Source of the DNA: Candidatus Parvarchaeum acidiphilum ARMAN-4
Lineage (GTDB): Archaea > Nanobdellota > Nanobdellia > Parvarchaeales > Parvarchaeaceae
Reading direction: 5' to 3'
Length of the DNA: 62,191 nt
Assembly: GCA_002412065.1 (NCBI GenBank)
Contig: GG730049.1
Location: forward strand, 1-62,191
Shown here: positions 58,920 through 62,191 of the stretch, in pieces
Layout: the number at the start of each line of letters is the position of its first letter
Position numbering within the stretch: the stretch's first letter is position 1
Notes under the pieces: model-generated
Databases searched by the model: none
What the model was told of the DNA's origin: nothing
Seen by the model: only the letters and a program-made list of their open reading frames with translations
Made by a program: the position numbers and the translations under genes

Positions 58920-59105
58920 AGATAAGGTTTAAATTTTATTTCTATACTTATAAAGAATACTTTTTATATTCTTGAGTTTTTAAAGTTATCTGGTTTCGTA
59001 GATAGTTAGTAGTATAAACTGCAAATACGTATTCTACTTCATAACTAGTACACAATAGCTTTCAATCTAAAAACCTATTTAAGTAATAAATTCACTAAAA
59101 TAAAC

Positions 59106-60041
59106 ATGTTAGGAAAGAAAGTAAAAAACATAGAGATTAAAAAACGGGAAACGATTGCAGATTTAATTAAAGCTTTTTCCGAAAGTGGTGGCTTTACTGC
59201 GAAGAAACTAGCAATAGCTTCAGACATTTTTAAAGATATGCAGAAAGACAAGAACTGTGTCAAATTTCTTTCATTTCCAGCAGACGTAATCTCTACAGGT
59301 TTAAGAGGAGTAATAGTCGACATGGTCAAAAACAAACAGGTGGATGTAATAATAACTACATGTGGAACTTTAGATCATGATCTTGCAAAAGTGTGGAAAG
59401 ACTATTATGCAGGGACTGAAATGTCCGATGACGCAAAATTAAGGCAGGAAGGCATAAACCGGCTTTATAATATTTTTATACCTAATGATAGTTACGGTTA
59501 TATCTTAGAAGACAAGTTAATACCTATACTGAAAGAATCGGCAAAAGCTCAGAAAGAATATTCAACAAGCGAGCTTATAAGTTTCATTGGAAGCAAAATT
59601 AGTAAAGAAAAGAATGCAAAAGAATCCATAGTTTACTGGGCCTGGAAAAACAATATTCCAATGATAGTACCAGGAATAACGGATGGAAGTGTAGGTTCAC
59701 AGATATGGATGTACTCTCAAAAGGACAAAGACTTTAAAATAAACCTTATAAAAGATGAAGACCTTTTAGCTGGAATAGTATTCAAAGCCAAAAAGAGTGG
59801 AGCTCTTATGCTTGGAGGAGGTATATCCAAACACCACACAATATGGTGGAATCAGTTTAAGGATGGTTTGGATTATGCAATATATATGACAACTGCTGTC
59901 GAATGGGATGGCAGCCTGTCAGGTGCGAGATTAGAAGAAGCAATATCATGGGGCAAGGTTAAACCCGAAGCAAAGCAGATAACTGTAGAAGGTGATGTTA
60001 CAATACTGCTTCCATTGTTGTATTCTTCTTTTTTGGGGTGA
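59106..60041 (+). CDS. dys: Deoxyhypusine synthase
   Basis: VIITTCGTLDHD, GITDGSVG, LGGGISKHH and EEAISWGK motifs. Confidence 0.85.
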   Translation: MLGKKVKNIEIKKRETIADLIKAFSESGGFTAKKLAIASDIFKDMQKDKNCVKFLSFPADVISTGLRGVIVDMVKNKQVDVIITTCGTLDHDLAKVWKDYYAGTEMSDDAKLRQEGINRLYNIFIPNDSYGYILEDKLIPILKESAKAQKEYSTSELISFIGSKISKEKNAKESIVYWAWKNNIPMIVPGITDGSVGSQIWMYSQKDKDFKINLIKDEDLLAGIVFKAKKSGALMLGGGISKHHTIWWNQFKDGLDYAIYMTTAVEWDGSLSGARLEEAISWGKVKPEAKQITVEGDVTILLPLLYSSFLG

Positions 60042-60045
60042 AAAT

Positions 60046-60330
60046 ATGAAAATATCGGAATTGAGAGACGGAATGAGTGACATAGATTTGTCTGCTGAAG
60101 TGGTGGAGATAGGAGAAGCCAGAGAGGTAATGACAAAATTCGGAAGCAATAAAGTTGCAACCGCAAAAATAAAGGATGACAGTGGCGAATGCAAGCTTTC
60201 TTTATGGGGAAAGCAGATAGAAATGTTTTCTGTAGGAGACAATGTGGAGATAAGTAAGGGTTATGTTCAATCATTTAGAGATGAGTTACAGGTTAATGTA
60301 GGTAAGGCGGGATCTATAAGAAAATTATAA
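60046..60330 (+). CDS. Single-OB-fold nucleic-acid-binding protein (SSB/RPA-like)
   Basis: 94 aa from the ATG at 60046. The pattern IDLSAEVVEIGEAREV...KVATAKIKDDSGECKLSLWGKQI...GDNVEISKGYV is a typical OB fold. Confidence 0.55.
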   Translation: MKISELRDGMSDIDLSAEVVEIGEAREVMTKFGSNKVATAKIKDDSGECKLSLWGKQIEMFSVGDNVEISKGYVQSFRDELQVNVGKAGSIRKL

Positions 60331-60331
60331 T

Positions 60332-61183
60332 ATGCTCTATACTTACATCCTATCCCTTTTAATTATACTTATAGGGTTCTCTGCTTACCCTTTAATTTCG
60401 AAAAAGCATATAGTAGGAGTAGGTTATAGAAAATTTATACCAATCTTTCTTGGATTTACTGCGGTTGGTACCTTAATAATCCCTTTTATTGTCTATAAAA
60501 GTTTTACTTTTAATCCGATTTATCTTCCTTTACTTGCATTCTTAGGCGCGATGTATACATTTGCTATCTATTTAATGCTTTATTCAGTTGAACATTACAA
60601 CGTATCAGTAATTAATACAATTGTTGGCTCACAACAAGTGCTTATAGCGCTTTTCAGCAGTGTTTTCTTTTTTATTGCAGATTTAAAATTTATTATTATC
60701 CCGTTTTTAATTGTTATTGCGGGAATGGCATTCCTTTTATTCAGTAATGATGGTAGACTAAAATTCTCCAAATATGTCTTTTTCGCTTTAGTAGCCGTTT
60801 TATTATGGGTATTTATGTGGGTTCTTTTCTACACAATAAATACGAGTTTTCCCCTGCTTTACTATGCAGTTCTTCAGTCCTTCTCATTTGTATTCTGTTT
60901 GCCTGTTGCATTTTTGCAAAATAGACATAAGTCAATAAAATATTATCTGTCGGGTAAAACTTTTCACTATATAGCACTCGCAGGGGTATTAAATGGGGTA
61001 GCAACAGTTGTGTTTTCTTTTGCGTACAAATATAATGCAATACTTACACCATTTATTGCACAGTTAGCTATACCTGTAGTAATAATATTCTCATTTGTAT
61101 TCTTTAAAGAAAGGTCAAAGAAATTTGGTTTAATAGGGATAGTAATGATAACAATTGGTTCATTTTTTTATATATTTATTTAA
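60332..61183 (+). CDS. EamA/DMT-family transporter
   Basis: About 10 transmembrane segments in a two-fold repeat architecture. Confidence 0.5.
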   Translation: MLYTYILSLLIILIGFSAYPLISKKHIVGVGYRKFIPIFLGFTAVGTLIIPFIVYKSFTFNPIYLPLLAFLGAMYTFAIYLMLYSVEHYNVSVINTIVGSQQVLIALFSSVFFFIADLKFIIIPFLIVIAGMAFLLFSNDGRLKFSKYVFFALVAVLLWVFMWVLFYTINTSFPLLYYAVLQSFSFVFCLPVAFLQNRHKSIKYYLSGKTFHYIALAGVLNGVATVVFSFAYKYNAILTPFIAQLAIPVVIIFSFVFFKERSKKFGLIGIVMITIGSFFYIFI

Positions 61184-61189
61184 TTTGAA

Positions 61190-62086
61190 TCAAAGAGTAT
61201 AATTAATACTGGCGACTTTTCTGGCTGTAAGCGAGTAATTATCATTGAACTTGTTCATCTTTGCGTTTACATTGACTTGGTACAACCCGAAAGATATGTC
61301 GTTAAGCTTACTTTTTATTTCTTGATTCTGAGAAAGCTCAAGAAGTTCTTCGGCTTGCTTGTCAAAGAATGTTATGCTTGAGCTGTATAGCCCGTCATCC
61401 AATATACCTCGTATTCGAAGGGTTTTTGACAAAGCTTTATCCTTGTGTATCTCGCATTCAACATCTACTTTCTTTTTACAAATACTGCATCTGATTAAGT
61501 AAATATCATCCGAAAATAATCTAGTTATAAATCCGCTTATATTCGCATACTCTCCATCACGTATTTCGGCTATTTTTTTATATTCTATTTTTTCTATTTC
61601 CTTTTTTGGGCTTTCAGTTTGGCTGATAGATATTGCGCTGCCATTTCCAAGGTTTAATTCTATAATACCATTAAAAGGATTCTCTTTTGCATAGGCATTT
61701 GCTATTGAGATGCTTTCTCCATCCCGGCTTTTCATTATTTTATCTATGTAATTTTCATCCCATGTCACAACAGGTATTTCACCACTTTGATCTTCTATCA
61801 CAAAGTTCATTACTCTTGCTTCCCTGCCTTTCACTGTAACTGTTCTAGGCGGAAATTTTCGTTTTATCTTAGCAGAAATATTCACATGGTTTATTTTTTG
61901 TTTTATTTCTTCTATTTTATAATCTCGTTTTATAGGTATTATACCATTTTCAGTTGCAAGCATTCTAAGTATTGCGTCTTCTGTCAGATCTGGGAGCTGC
62001 GCTTTTCTTTGATTTATTATGTTAATTATTTCTTCCTTAGACTTATTATTTTTTTCAGTTATCTTATCAATTATCCATTCTTCCAT
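61190..62086 (-). CDS. rpa: Replication protein A (RPA) large-subunit-like, OB folds plus zinc finger
   Basis: N-terminal helical domain (LTEDAILRMLATENGI), OB-fold VMNFVIEDQSGEIPVVTWD and zinc motif CSICKKKV...CEIH. Confidence 0.7.
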   Translation of the reverse strand: MEEWIIDKITEKNNKSKEEIINIINQRKAQLPDLTEDAILRMLATENGIIPIKRDYKIEEIKQKINHVNISAKIKRKFPPRTVTVKGREARVMNFVIEDQSGEIPVVTWDENYIDKIMKSRDGESISIANAYAKENPFNGIIELNLGNGSAISISQTESPKKEIEKIEYKKIAEIRDGEYANISGFITRLFSDDIYLIRCSICKKKVDVECEIHKDKALSKTLRIRGILDDGLYSSSITFFDKQAEELLELSQNQEIKSKLNDISFGLYQVNVNAKMNKFNDNYSLTARKVASINYTL

Positions 62087-62191
62087 TATTTTATAATTCT
62101 ATTCACAGCCTCTTTCATTTTTTTGTAAGATTCCTCATCCTTCCCTGAATCTCCCGCTTTCCGTCATAATAACCCTAGAACCCCCCCCCCC

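Noticed and set aside
62087-62191. Terminal poly-C run (62181-62191) and a possible gene remnant just before it
   Set aside because: An 11-nt C homopolymer at the very end of an AT-rich contig looks like a sequencing or assembly artefact. The minus-strand frame ending ...GDSGKDEESYKKMKEAVNRIIK* just upstream of rpa is cut by a TGA and is too short to call.
1-62191. CRISPR arrays, transposases/IS elements, integrases, prophage genes or known defence systems
   Set aside because: Reading both strands, I found no spaced direct-repeat array and no ORF with recognisable transposase, integrase or Cas motifs. The only notable repeats are the RNase J 33-mer, the two tRNA-Leu copies and the 16S processing stem.

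Overview
Visibly AT-rich archaeal chromosomal contig, dominated by housekeeping and information-processing genes. These include PheRS alpha/beta, SerRS, PCNA, RPA, TFE, Rpo4/Rpo11, uS2, L21e, L40e, aEF-1beta, Pth2, KsgA, Cbf5, class II RNR, deoxyhypusine synthase, enolase and AglB. There are also six tRNA genes and a stand-alone 16S rRNA gene. The unlinked 16S, divergent rRNA, small compact genes, a thermopsin-like protease and many sequon-rich surface proteins suggest an ultrasmall acidophilic DPANN/ARMAN-like archaeon; this is inference only. I saw no CRISPR array, transposase or integrase.

The most interesting signal is in cbf5. A 12-nt insert containing a stop codon sits inside the catalytic GTLDP codons. 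By hand it folds into a relaxed bulge-helix-bulge motif. The canonical splicing-endonuclease cut sites for that fold would remove exactly these 12 nt and restore GTLDPNVTG, so this is a candidate protein-coding (mRNA) intron.

Other points:
- aglB is interrupted by a single in-frame TAA.
- Two near-identical tRNA-Leu genes differ at the wobble base, and one appears to carry A34.
- The 16S shows substitutions at decoding-centre positions.
- One gene fuses a HIT domain to a surface-protein-like region.
- Several genes, some of them essential (RNase J, uS2, enolase; also a GDE-like gene and an MFS transporter), are broken by single-nucleotide indels. Most of the breaks I could localise sit in short A/T homopolymers, so sequencing or assembly error is the most likely cause.

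The right end of the window finishes in an artefactual poly-C run.
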